64,000 nt of DNA, taken from the IMG/VR virus record IMGVR_UViG_2061766007_000712. One strand, given 5' to 3'. Position numbers and translations under genes: made by a program. Positions 10,887-21,007 of this stretch are shown piece after piece (position 1 is the stretch's first letter; each line of letters begins with the position of its first letter). The notes below the pieces were generated by a model. It did no database searches. It was not told where the DNA came from and saw only the letters and a program-made list of their open reading frames with translations. The stretch comes from an uncultured virus (IMG/VR IMGVR_UViG_2061766007_000712). Taxonomy: Duplodnaviria > Heunggongvirae > Uroviricota > Caudoviricetes.

Positions 10887-11453
10887 TTAAATAGTTTCAT
10901 TTAATCTACNNNNNNNNNNNNNNNNNNNNNNNNCTTTCCCTGTTAAACAATGTTTCTTTTTATCACAGCAATTTTTAATTAATTGTGGCGAACAATTATT
11001 TTTTCGTGAAGCATCGGCAACACTCCCATAAATTTTTAATAAATTATTTTGCAAGTCATATTTACCAACTTTTGTTAGTTTATGTAGATTATTTTCATAA
11101 GACAACTGTATATTTTTCTTTATCGTTACCATTCTTAAATTATTAATATTATTATTCAGTTTATTACAATCTATATGGTCAACCGTTAATTTTTTGTCAA
11201 AATCTTTTAAAAATGTCATAGCAATTATCCTATGTACTGAAAATTGATTTGTTTTTCCGTTTTTAGTTAGTGCAACACTTAAATAACCTCTATTTGTTAT
11301 TTTGGGTTTCAATAAATTACCTTTATATTTTCTTGTAATATTATCAAACCTGTTCCATTGTGTAACAGTTCTATCCAAACTTTTAATATTGCCAAAATTA
11401 CTTGCCTGATATAGCCCTTCATATTCAGGAATATCTTTCCATATTTCTTCCAT
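10887..11453 (-). CDS. NUMOD4-HNH homing endonuclease
   Basis: EEIWKDIPEYEGLYQASNFG; VHRIIA..F, VDHID.NK.NN.INNL; C-terminal NUMOD1-like segment; 3' end in gap. Confidence 0.9.
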   Translation of the reverse strand: MEEIWKDIPEYEGLYQASNFGNIKSLDRTVTQWNRFDNITRKYKGNLLKPKITNRGYLSVALTKNGKTNQFSVHRIIAMTFLKDFDKKLTVDHIDCNKLNNNINNLRMVTIKKNIQLSYENNLHKLTKVGKYDLQNNLLKIYGSVADASRKNNCSPQLIKNCCDKKKHCLTGKXXXXXXXXXRLNETI

Positions 11454-11476
11454 AAATCATCTCTTTTCTAACTAAA

Positions 11477-11601
11477 ACAAAAAGATGCTTATATGAATAC
11501 ACTAGGCAAATTACTGCTAGATGACCTACCTAATATATTCGTATAAACATCTCTTTGTCATCTAGCATTTATATAATACCATATTATTACTTTTTAGTCA
11601 A
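11477..11601 (-). promoter_or_regulatory. Promoter and pseudoknot-forming structured leader of the HNH gene
   Basis: TTGACT-17-TATTAT; ~32-bp hairpin whose loop GTCATCTAGCA is complementary to 5' TGCTAGATGAC. Confidence 0.7.
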
Positions 11602-12276
11602 TTTCTTTGTAGTTATATGATGATTTATGTACCTTTTCATATACACTGTTGTCACCCATATTTTGAATAAGAAAGTCATTACATTGTGTATCGCTTAAAT
11701 GAACACGGCTCACACGATGGAGATAATATAGTTTATTATCATTGTCTTTATTATCTATACATTCTTGTATATGTTGGTTTAATAATTCTTCATTGTAGTT
11801 GCTTTCTATACAATAAAGATTTAACCCCTTCAAACATTCATCATCGGGCAGTTTACAAGTATCAGTAGCATAATACATTGTATTTGGCTTAAAATCTATC
11901 AAATACGATGTATTTTCTACATCGTGCCAAGTTTCTATTGGTTTAATTTTAAATTTACCTAAATCGTATGTTTTTCGGTCTTTTAACACATATATATTCT
12001 TCTTAGATACATTTAATTTAATTAGTTCACCAACTAACCATTCTCTACAAATAAATTTTATTGTAGGGAAATTAAAGGCAATTTGCTTTATGCAATTTTT
12101 ATTAAAATGGTCAGCAACTAGGAATGAATATGTGTTAATAATATTACTTTTAATTCTTTAAGGTATGGTTTTATTTGTTTGTATGTTATTCCCATATCAA
12201 TAGCCATATATTTGTTTACTATCATACTATTGCCGTTTGAACCACTATTTAATATTTTATAATCAATCATATTCAT
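11594..12276 (-). CDS. Metallo-beta-lactamase-fold hydrolase interrupted by 8 nt containing TAG within HxHxDH (pseudogene or recoded gene)
   Basis: SGSNGNS...IDMG...LLTHIHS-stop, then DHF...HDVEN...YATDT...IESNY...HLS..VHKS in another frame. Confidence 0.8.
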
Positions 12277-12288
12277 TCTTTATCACCT

Positions 12289-12821
12289 CTATTCATTAGA
12301 ATATTTCCATATATAACCACCACAAGTTTTATATATCCCTTTACAGCATCTTATAAGTGAAGCATAATAAACTTTTTTTAGTTTAATGGCTTCAAACATA
12401 TACATAGTGGTAATATATTTTCCTTCTAAATCATATTGTTTTACTTTTTTACCATATAATAGTTGTTTTTTATATTGGCATTTTTTATTTCTATTTCCAT
12501 AATTTGCATTATATTTACTAGAACACCATTCTAAATTATTTACATTGTTATCATAAGTGTTTTCGTTTATATGATTAATTTCAGGTAAATTATTTAAGTT
12601 CGGTATAAATGCTAAAGCGACAAGTCTATGAACATAATTATTATAAGTTTTATTATTCTTTCTTAAGNNNNNNNNNNGCTTGGTTTTAATATCTTATTTT
12701 TTTTATTTCTTATTCTACCTAAATTACTAATCTCATATTTATTTTTAAAATCTTCGATTGGTTTCCAAATTTCTTCTATACAATTACCTTTACTTGAACT
12801 TCCTACTATTTCGTAATTCAT
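12289..12821 (-). CDS. NUMOD4-HNH endonuclease (spans N gap; missing from ORF track)
   Basis: EEIWKPIEDFKNKYEISNLGRI; VHRLVALAFIPN..NLPEINHINE...NN.NNLEWC; C-terminal GGYIWKY. Confidence 0.85.
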
Positions 12822-12822
12822 A

Positions 12823-13704
12823 TTACTTTATAAAATCATTAATGTTGAATATGCCATTACCACTTGTAACTTTTGGCAACTCACCATTCCATTTTTCTAA
12901 AAATTTCTCAGTTAATGTCTTTTCAGTAATAGTTTGAGAAAGTAATTCGTTTGCTTTTCTAGTTGCTTCGGCTTCAACTACTTTTTGTTCAGCCTCTAAT
13001 CTTGCTTTTTCAAGTTTTTGTTCGGCAACTTGTTTTTCTTCTATTGCTTTTGTGTATTCTACACTAAAACTAATATTTGTTAAATTGAAATCTTCAACTA
13101 TAATTCCATATTTTTCTACTTTACCTTGAATTGCTTTTAGACATTCGTTAGATACTTCGTTTCTCTTAGTTGTAATTTCCTCAGCATTATATTTAGCAAT
13201 AGCAGTTTTAATACTTTCTCTTATTGCTGGTTGTAATATTGTGTCTTGATATTTGCTACCAACCCTTTTATAAAGTTCGTTTACTTTATCAATTTCAACT
13301 CTATAATTTACTGCAACTGTTGTGTTAACAATTTGCATATCTTTTGTTGAACTTTCTACTGTTTCTTCACTTTTTTGTACTTTTACATTTACTTTAACTA
13401 CATATTCAGTAATTGGGTTAACAAAATTAAGACCATCGTGCATCTTACTATTCGTAATCTTCCCTAATCTATATTTAACACCAACTTCTCCTGTTTCAAT
13501 AATAGAAAAACTTGCAAAAAATAATGTTAATAATGTTAAACCTAGAATTGAAAATATTACAATTTTAGGAATATTATATTTTGTTTCTACAACTTCTTCC
13601 TCAACATATTCGTATTCGCATTTTTTTGAGTTCCAAACTCTCTTTTCTTCTTTTCTTTTTATTTCTTTCTTAAAATTAAATAAGTTTTTAAATAAGTTCT
13701 TCAT
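12823..13704 (-). CDS. SPFH/prohibitin family membrane protein
   Basis: TM helix, GEVGV..RLG, TKDMQ.V...VAVNY, AIEEKQVAEQ, KWNG.LP. Confidence 0.9.
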   Translation of the reverse strand: MKNLFKNLFNFKKEIKRKEEKRVWNSKKCEYEYVEEEVVETKYNIPKIVIFSILGLTLLTLFFASFSIIETGEVGVKYRLGKITNSKMHDGLNFVNPITEYVVKVNVKVQKSEETVESSTKDMQIVNTTVAVNYRVEIDKVNELYKRVGSKYQDTILQPAIRESIKTAIAKYNAEEITTKRNEVSNECLKAIQGKVEKYGIIVEDFNLTNISFSVEYTKAIEEKQVAEQKLEKARLEAEQKVVEAEATRKANELLSQTITEKTLTEKFLEKWNGELPKVTSGNGIFNINDFIK

Positions 13705-13718
13705 ATTTTTTCCTTTCT

Positions 13719-14561
13719 TTATACTTCATCTAAAGATACATTTGGAGTATCTTCTACTATTTCGGCATCAACAACTGTTGTGCTTGGAGTTACATCCTCA
13801 TTATCTACATATTCTTTTGAACCATCTTCTTTAATGTAAGCCATATCTCCTTCATAAGCATTTTGTAAATCAATACTCATAATACCCCATTTACTAATAA
13901 GTTGTCTAAGCATTGTTTTGTATGCCATACCATCAAAATCTTTTTCCCAAAAAGTATAACCTTTTTTTGCTTGATAACCTTTAGAATATTGTAATGCGTG
14001 GGCTTCCATTTTCTTTTTAGACCAATAAAGTGTTTTTCTAAAACCATTAGTGTATTCAAACATAGCATAATAACCAATAGTTGGTGCTTTTTCTCTTAGT
14101 TCCTCATCTTCTATTAGATTAACTTCTATTTCTTCATTTAATGGGTCATATTTAACTAATTCGCCTTCTTTAATAGCAAGTACATTAAGTTTTTTATATT
14201 GACCACTACGAATTGCTAATTGAACATATCCTTTGTACCCCATTTGGAAAGTTGCTACTTTTCCTCTTTCTTTATCGTTAAATGGTACTAAGTAATATTG
14301 ACCTAATTGTGGAGATGGAGATAAATTTAAACTTTCTCCAAGTAATGCACCACTTAGAATACTAGCATTGTCACATTCTTTAAGCATTGGGTTAGAATTA
14401 ACTGCACTAACTATGCTAGATACAAATTTAACTCCTCTTTTTTCATCCCCAATAATTTCATTAATTTTGTTTTTAACAGTTCCACTTGTCATAAATGAAG
14501 TAAAACCTAGTTTTGTGTTTCCTGTTGATTTAACAACTGCATTTGGCATTTTATTCACCAT
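13719..14561 (-). CDS. recT: RecT-family single-strand annealing recombinase
   Basis: LNLSPSPQLGQYYLVPF, FQMGYKGYVQLAIRSGQY, FDGMAYKTMLR. Confidence 0.92.
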   Translation of the reverse strand: MVNKMPNAVVKSTGNTKLGFTSFMTSGTVKNKINEIIGDEKRGVKFVSSIVSAVNSNPMLKECDNASILSGALLGESLNLSPSPQLGQYYLVPFNDKERGKVATFQMGYKGYVQLAIRSGQYKKLNVLAIKEGELVKYDPLNEEIEVNLIEDEELREKAPTIGYYAMFEYTNGFRKTLYWSKKKMEAHALQYSKGYQAKKGYTFWEKDFDGMAYKTMLRQLISKWGIMSIDLQNAYEGDMAYIKEDGSKEYVDNEDVTPSTTVVDAEIVEDTPNVSLDEV

Positions 14562-15016
14562 CCTTATTTTCTTTTTCTTGTAATTTTTTTATTTCTTCGT
14601 TAAATTTTTCTACTTCTTTATTGTATTCAACGATTTTATTTTTAACTTCTTCTTTTAACATTTGATAGCATTTTTCAATATCACCAAACACAATTTTACT
14701 AATAATTGAACCACTGCTAAATCTTATTGTTACAGCCTCATCTAAACCTGTAAATGTTTGTTCATAGATTGTTATTTTGGCTTCTTTTATCATATCTCTA
14801 TATGTTGTTTGAATATAATAATCAAATTGTGTATCTACTTCTCCATTAGGAGTATTTAATTTACCCATAAAGGTTAATTTTGCTGATATTTTTACATATT
14901 CGTTATTCCAACTATCTTTTTTTATCATATTAGCATATTTTTTTTCTTCTCTTAAACTAGCAAAATTATTGTATCTACTAGCATCAAGTTCTATATTTTC
15001 AAGTTTAAACCATTCT

Positions 15017-15846
15017 TTACTCATAAGTTATTCCCTCGCTTTCTAAATATGCTTTTAATTTTTTTAATTGAGTTCTTGTTGCCTTAACAGTAAAACTGCA
15101 AGTAACAAACTCTTCTTCAACATCTTCTTCATCTTCAATTTTTTTTGGAATAGTAATCTCTTCTACTTTTTCGATTACTTCTTCCTCTTGTTTTTGAAGT
15201 TCTTCTTTTTCTTCTTGTTGTTTTTTAATTTCTTCGAGTTGTTTATGTCTTTCTATTATATTTAGTTTTGATTGTGTAAAGTCAACTTTTTTAGACCATT
15301 TTATATTATTTATGTATTCAATCAATATTTCATCTTTATATTCTTCCAACTCAATTAATTTTACATCATTAGCAACATTTTGAATAAATGCAAGTGCTTG
15401 TTCTTTTAAAGATTTCATACTAGCACTTAATGTAATATTACGACCAATATTTTCAAATTTTATTATATTTTGTAAATTATTTGCCTCTATATGTTGTTNN
15501 NNNNNNNNNCTTCTTTTACTTGTTTTAATTGATTTTCTACACTATCAATTTTTTCTTTAAGTTCAGCATCGGCTTGTTTATAAAGTTCACTAACATTTTC
15601 TTTATAAATTTCTTCAAACTCATCATATTTTGCCATAATTGCTGACTTAACTTGTTTCCTTTGAGTTTCTAATTCGTTAAACTCTTTTGTAAGACTTGCT
15701 CTTACTTGTTTTACTTCCTTTACAGTATCTTCGTTTACTACTAAAGCATTTGCTCTATCTACTTTTTCTTTAATTTCAGTAGATATTTGTTCTAATCTTG
15801 CTTTAATAATAGGTAATTGTTCAACTACAATTAACTCACTCTTCAT
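15017..15846 (-). CDS. DUF1351-like coiled-coil protein (one gene split by an N gap)
   Basis: Reading frame resumes after the gap (QHIEANNLQ...NITLSASMKSLK); typical position upstream of recT. Confidence 0.7.
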
Positions 15847-16012
15847 CTTTTTCCTCTTCCTCCTCTTCAAATACTTCTTCTAGCATTAATTCATCGTGGT
15901 ATATATCGGCGAGTTCCCATTGGTACTCGTTCCAATCAACTTGTTCTTCTTCATATTCAGGTGGTTCAGGATAACATCCACCATAGTATTCAGTAGTATC
16001 AATTTTTTCCAT
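15836..16012 (-). CDS. 58-aa highly acidic protein
   Basis: MEKIDTTEYYGGCYPEPPEYEEE...; start overlaps upstream stop; homolog at 63059-63241. Confidence 0.6.
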   Translation of the reverse strand: MEKIDTTEYYGGCYPEPPEYEEEQVDWNEYQWELADIYHDELMLEEVFEEEEEEKDEE

Positions 16013-16170
16013 TACTTACCACCATTCTTAATAGGTACAAGAATAATTTTATCTTCGTGTACTTCCATTAAAAATTCATCGCCATAACTTTGAATTACGG
16101 CTTTTGGTATTCTAATCTTATTTGTACTTTTTTCAGCCTTTTTATAAAAGGTTAAAATAGGTTTATTCAT
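16012..16170 (-). CDS. Small AbrB/SpoVT-like regulator
   Basis: NKIRIPKAVI...EVHEDKIILVPI; GGAGG RBS; promoter TTGACA-17-TATAAT at ~16195-16222. Confidence 0.6.
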   Translation of the reverse strand: MNKPILTFYKKAEKSTNKIRIPKAVIQSYGDEFLMEVHEDKIILVPIKNGGK

Positions 16171-16222
16171 TTCTTACCCTCCTAACTATATTCATTATAG
16201 CACCTTTTTTAGATATTGTCAA

Positions 16223-16555
16223 TTACTTGTCAGGCATTTCATATACATAAGTTGATAATTCTTCTATTCTTGCATCATTATAATTTTGCATTACAATACC
16301 ATTTTCAACCCAACTATCTCCATTAGGTTTTATAGATGAACTATCTAATATGTATTTTGGTTTTAAAAGATTTTGTATTTCATCTAATACTTCTAATGCT
16401 CTTTCTTTTGTTTCATATTCACCCAATTCATCTCCACTACCTACTATAAATATTACTTCACCTTTGGCATAATTACTTAAACCTTGTTTTAAATATAAAG
16501 CAGTGTTTATTCTTTTTAACATTTCCTTATCTTGACTTCTTATCCATAGTTCCAT
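16223..16555 (-). CDS. Hypothetical phage protein (MELWIRSQD type)
   Basis: Homolog at 54612-54896 shares MELWIRSQDK and YETK.RALEVLDEIQN. Confidence 0.7.
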   Translation of the reverse strand: MELWIRSQDKEMLKRINTALYLKQGLSNYAKGEVIFIVGSGDELGEYETKERALEVLDEIQNLLKPKYILDSSSIKPNGDSWVENGIVMQNYNDARIEELSTYVYEMPDK

Positions 16556-17391
16556 ATTATTTGTTCCTTTCTACATATTCTTTCATTAACATTCTTAATG
16601 CTGCATTGTATTTAATGTTATTTTTATTAGTTACTTCTTTAAAATCGTTTGCTAACTCTTCTTCACATTTAAAAGTAATCTTCGTATTATAGTTTACTTT
16701 TCTATTCTTTCTTTCGTATTCTACTCCGTCTTTTCTAATTATTTTCATTTATTTACTTCCTTTCAATTCTTCTACTTGTTTATTAATTGCTTTGTGTAGT
16801 TCTATGTTTATACCTACATCTTCATTTTCGTTTGAACAGCCAATAGTGTATATTTTATATTCTAAGAAAAACACAACATAATATTGATTTTCTTCATTAA
16901 AATATCTTATTCGTTCACTATTTAAGTCCTGTTCATACCCTAACTTTTCAAACATTTCTTTTGCTGTCATTTTATTCACTCTCCTTTTTCAATTCTTCTA
17001 TCTCATCATCATTTAACCAATGGGTATATATGTTACCATATTTATCTTTATAAAAACCTTTTATATGACCATTTTTGTTTTTATACCATTTTTGTAAAAT
17101 TAATGTTTCTTTCATTTGATGCCATTCATATTTTTGTAATCTTTTAATTGGTTTCTTCATACTTATTCCTCCTCATAATCTTCGTTTATACCACAATCTT
17201 TAACTTGGTCTTGAATGCTTAATACTTCTTTTAAATACTTACAATATTCAAGTGGTACTTCATAATCATCTTTTTTCTTAGTACACCAATATTTGCAAGG
17301 TTTAGCATACACCATACCATTCTTTCTTCTTTTAAATCTATAATGGCAATATGGACTATTCTTTGGGATAAATAACTTTGATATTAATTTT

Positions 17392-17823
17392 TTAAGCATA
17401 CCAAAAGTTCTCACTTTCTTTTTCGTACATCTTAACTATCTTTTCATAGCCAAGTTCTTTTAACAATTCCAAAAGTATTTCATCATACTGTCCGTGTATT
17501 ACTTCGTTGTCATAATACCTTCCGTGTTGTTTCTTTATCTTTCTTAATTTTCTAATGTACTTTTCTTCTACCTTATTCTTTTCTTGTACTTTAGGTAGTT
17601 TAGCCCAATGAGTTATATGTAAATATTGACCTTCATCCCAATCTTGCTGAGTATCCCAAAAGTTATCGATATAACTTCCCATACTTGTTGCCATATCTAC
17701 ATAGTATGAATAATCTTCATCACCATAATATTTTGTTTTTATTAAAACCAAGTAATCATCCATATCTTTTGGAAGTTCATCTTTACAAGACACCCATCCT
17801 ATTACACTTTTTAGTTCTTCCAT
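17392..17823 (-). CDS. DUF551-like protein
   Basis: WVSCKDELP...YLV...ITHWAKLP. Confidence 0.65.
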   Translation of the reverse strand: MEELKSVIGWVSCKDELPKDMDDYLVLIKTKYYGDEDYSYYVDMATSMGSYIDNFWDTQQDWDEGQYLHITHWAKLPKVQEKNKVEEKYIRKLRKIKKQHGRYYDNEVIHGQYDEILLELLKELGYEKIVKMYEKESENFWYA

Positions 17824-17824
17824 A

Positions 17825-18546
17825 TTATTCCTCCTCTAACCAATTATAATCATCTTCATCAGTTTCTTCATCTAAAACAATTTCTCTTGATTTTTTAAAC
17901 TTAGAATCGCTTTCCTTTGCTTGCTCTAATGTCTTAATGCCTTCTCTTTTATAATTTTCTATAATCTTATCTATGTAGTTAATACTGCATTTATTGTTTA
18001 ATACAGCCTTATCTATCGCATATCTAGTAAGTCCATTATCATTCCAGTTACTTATCTTTTCAAATTCTATTGGACTAATAGTTCTTCCAAAATTCTTTTC
18101 TATGTATGTATATATACTATNNNNNNNNNNNNNNNNNNNNNNNNNNNNNNNTTATGATTATCATTTTCATTTTCTAAAGGCTTTTTTTTGGCTATTGTTT
18201 GGGTTTCTTTTGGGTTTTCATTGGGTTTTATTTGGGTTTTTTCTTTTCTTGGTCGCCCACCCTTTAAACCATTCTCTCTTTGATGTTCTATAAACTTAGC
18301 CCTTTTATCTATTTCGTATTCCATTCTTTCGTTGTAATATTTGCCTTCTTCATCAATTTTAAATTTGTCTAAAACAGTTTGAGATACATTTGGCATATTA
18401 AGGTCAATCATTTTTTGGCTTATATGTCCTTTTTGATGTTGGAAACATAAAAGAGTTATATATTGCCCTCTTTCTTCCATTGTCATATCTATAACACCAT
18501 TTAAGAAATCTCCTGTATAAAATACAAATGCTGGGTCTTTAGCCAT
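17825..18546 (-). CDS. Replication initiator (DUF1376-like N-terminus, DnaD-like C-terminus; split by N gap)
   Basis: PAFVFYTGDF...ERGQYITLLC; GLKGGRP; after gap EKNFGRTISPIEFE..YAIDKAVLNN...INYIDKI.ENY. Confidence 0.8.
18196..18243. repeat. Iteron-like repeats in the initiator gene (probable origin of phage A)
   Basis: Four TTGGGTTT copies at ~11-12 bp spacing. Confidence 0.65.
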
Positions 18547-18561
18547 ATTTATCTCTCCTTC

Positions 18562-18792
18562 CTATTCCCCATCTTCTAGTAATCGTTCTCTAAGATATTT
18601 AGCATTTATCAAATCTATTTCTTCCCCTCTTAATTCAAGAATATAAATTTGGTATTTATATGTTTTTCTTCGTTTCCCCTGTTCCATATAAGAAACATAT
18701 TGTTTAGAACATCCTATTGCATCAGCGACATCTTTCAGTGTTTTTCCGTGCATTAGTCTTGTAACTCTCCACATATTGCTTTGATTTTCCAT
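18562..18792 (-). CDS. XRE/Cro-like HTH regulator
   Basis: TLKDVADAIGCSKQYVSYMEQG; upstream TTGACA-17-TATTAT promoter. Confidence 0.85.
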   Translation of the reverse strand: MENQSNMWRVTRLMHGKTLKDVADAIGCSKQYVSYMEQGKRRKTYKYQIYILELRGEEIDLINAKYLRERLLEDGE

Positions 18793-18880
18793 TGTCCTAC
18801 CTCCACTCTACACAAATAATATCACATTTTAGTTTTGTTGTCAACAACCTGTTTAATATTTTTGTAAAAGAAAAGAAGAA

Positions 18881-19132
18881 TTATTTATTTTCTTCTTTTT
18901 TTTCTTTGTATTCTTCTAGCAATTCTTGTGCTTTTTTAAGTGTTAATGCTTTTAAATCTAAACTTCCTTCAACAATTTGATATAAAATTATTGATGAAGC
19001 CCCTAAAATAGTTACTATTACTTTAATTCTTTCGCTTGGAATATCACTTAGTGCTACACATAAAGAAGCAATTCCACCAAATAAAGCAAGTAAGAATTTT
19101 CTTGATGTAATTTTTTTTAAGAAATTTTTCAT
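18881..19132 (-). CDS. Putative holin
   Basis: KKITSRKFLLAL, two TM helices, charged C-terminus; start chosen from AGGAGG RBS. Confidence 0.7.
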   Translation of the reverse strand: MKNFLKKITSRKFLLALFGGIASLCVALSDIPSERIKVIVTILGASSIILYQIVEGSLDLKALTLKKAQELLEEYKEKKEENK

Positions 19133-19185
19133 TTTTATCCTCCTTATTATTATCATATCATAAAATGATTTTTTAGTAAAATTAA

Positions 19186-19614
19186 CTAAAGTTTAACCAA
19201 TTTAACATTAGTCAATTTTATTGTGTAAGCACCATTATTATATCGTGCTTGGAATAGTTGTCTATTTCTTGTTTGAGAGGAATTTATTGTTTTAGTAAAT
19301 GTACCAGTATCTCCAGTATTAGCACTTGCGATATTAATAAATGTTCCACTTTGTAAATAATCACGAACATCTATTTTAACATTAGTTCCATTTGTGACTT
19401 CATAATTGCCTGTTAATTTATACTGTTCGCCACTAACTTGTGCAATACTTGGTCCAAATGTTACTGATTTTGTTGTTACTGTACCTGTTGCACTTCCTGA
19501 CCATAATACAACTTCATTTTCCCATATTTTGGTTGCACCTGCATATATCTTTGTAATTTGTGTACTCCCTATTTTAAAATCATCAAAATTTGTTGTTCCT
19601 ATTTTTACACTCAT
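19186..19614 (-). CDS. Virion fibre/accessory structural protein
   Basis: KIG...I.KIY.G...IW N-terminal motif, beta-rich, follows fibre gene. Confidence 0.5.
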   Translation of the reverse strand: MSVKIGTTNFDDFKIGSTQITKIYAGATKIWENEVVLWSGSATGTVTTKSVTFGPSIAQVSGEQYKLTGNYEVTNGTNVKIDVRDYLQSGTFINIASANTGDTGTFTKTINSSQTRNRQLFQARYNNGAYTIKLTNVKLVKL

Positions 19615-19616
19615 AG

Positions 19617-20653
19617 TTATTTAATAAAGTATAGTGTATTACTATCTTTTGTTCCTATATTGTTGTAATCGCTTCCAGTTCCTACCCATATTGTATATGA
19701 TTGCGAAGAACCTACAACAATATTGTTTGGAATATTAGGAGTACCACTTATATTTGAATATGGCAATTTATTGTTTTCATCAATTTTATCTTGTTTAGTT
19801 GCATCGTGATAACTGCTATCAATAAAACCACTATTATTTGTTAATTCACTTGTTTTTGATGGAATAGTAGGTTGATTATCTATTAAAGAGTAATCAAGTT
19901 TATGTGTACTATCAATTTTATCTTGTTTAGAAGTGGCATATCCATCATATTTTGTCTTATCACTTGCATCTATGCCACTATTTATACTCGCCCATTGTTC
20001 AGCAGTAAAACTTGAATTGTTTAAAGTATATTCAAATAACCATTGATTGCTTGTAAACTTATATCTTTTATAAAGAGTGTTACCCAAATTATCAGTATCA
20101 ATTACAAAAGCATAATCGTTTTCATCGTGTTCTCCACTATATGCTTGTAAATCAGCAAGGGAGTTAAATGTTCCTCTAAATGTTGCTGTTGCTGTTGCTA
20201 TTGAACTATTTACAAAGGCTTTATCGGCTAACTGATTTTCACTTGTTGCTTGACTAGGTATTTTACTTTCTATTGATGAAACTCTATTAGAAATAGAAGT
20301 ATCATCGTAATTAAATAAACCTGCAAGTTTAGTTTTTTCACTATCGGTATAATCGTTTGAAGATAAGCCTTTATTTTGCACTTTATCTACTTTATTATTC
20401 AAGCCATTTACAATTTGTGTATCATCATAATTAGATAACTCACTTAATTTGTTCTTTTCGGCAGTTGTAAAATCTTCGGTAGATAAACCTTTGCCACTTA
20501 CTTTATCTTCCTTACCTTCTTCTAATGCACCTATTCTTTGTCTAAGTTCAGTATCATCATAGGGAGTTCCACCACCTTCATATTGAACTCCCCTCCCAAC
20601 TGTTGCTATTTGTCTAATAGGTTGTGGAATTGTTGCTATTTCTTTACTCATCT
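19617..20653 (-). CDS. Fibre-like structural protein with internal repeats
   Basis: Repeated K.DKV..KGLS..D.T..EK.KL..L.NYDDT and KQDKID..KL.YS.I...P.IP units. Confidence 0.65.
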
Positions 20654-21006
20654 TCATCAACCTTTCCACATACACTATAAGTAAGTTCTAAATTAAACTT
20701 GGCAAGTGTAAACTCTTTACCATCAATAACTCTTTTCAAGTCACATATATAACTTTGTAAAGGAAGATTCTCAGTATCTTCGGTATATATCCAAAAAGAA
20801 TACTTTTTAGTAGAATTATCCCAAGTTATTGTTCCATCACTCAATTTCTTTTCGATTAGTTTTTCACCATCTAAAGTAGATTTTAGAGAAAATATTACTT
20901 CATCAACTCTAGTTTCAAGTGGAACAAGATGATTATTTTCATAATTTAGTATTTGAAATTCAAATACTTCATCATCATATTTTGTCATACTTATATTTTG
21001 ATTCAT
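20644..21006 (-). CDS. BppU-like Ig-fold structural protein
   Basis: FSLK...IEKKLSDG.I...Y...I..EDT..L....Y..D pattern; position. Confidence 0.45.
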   Translation of the reverse strand: MNQNISMTKYDDEVFEFQILNYENNHLVPLETRVDEVIFSLKSTLDGEKLIEKKLSDGTITWDNSTKKYSFWIYTEDTENLPLQSYICDLKRVIDGKEFTLAKFNLELTYSVCGKVDEDE

Positions 21007-21007
21007 C

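Noticed and set aside
12118..12120. Genome-wide TAG or TGA reassignment
   Set aside because: Long genes are intact in the standard code, TAG and TGA end many genes, no suppressor tRNA is seen, and read-through alone would not restore this frame
15017..15870. Frameshifted pseudogenes at 15.5 kb (likewise 5.1, 12.7, 18.1, 56.7 and 59.7 kb)
   Set aside because: Each break coincides with an N run of uncertain length; both sides read as one gene
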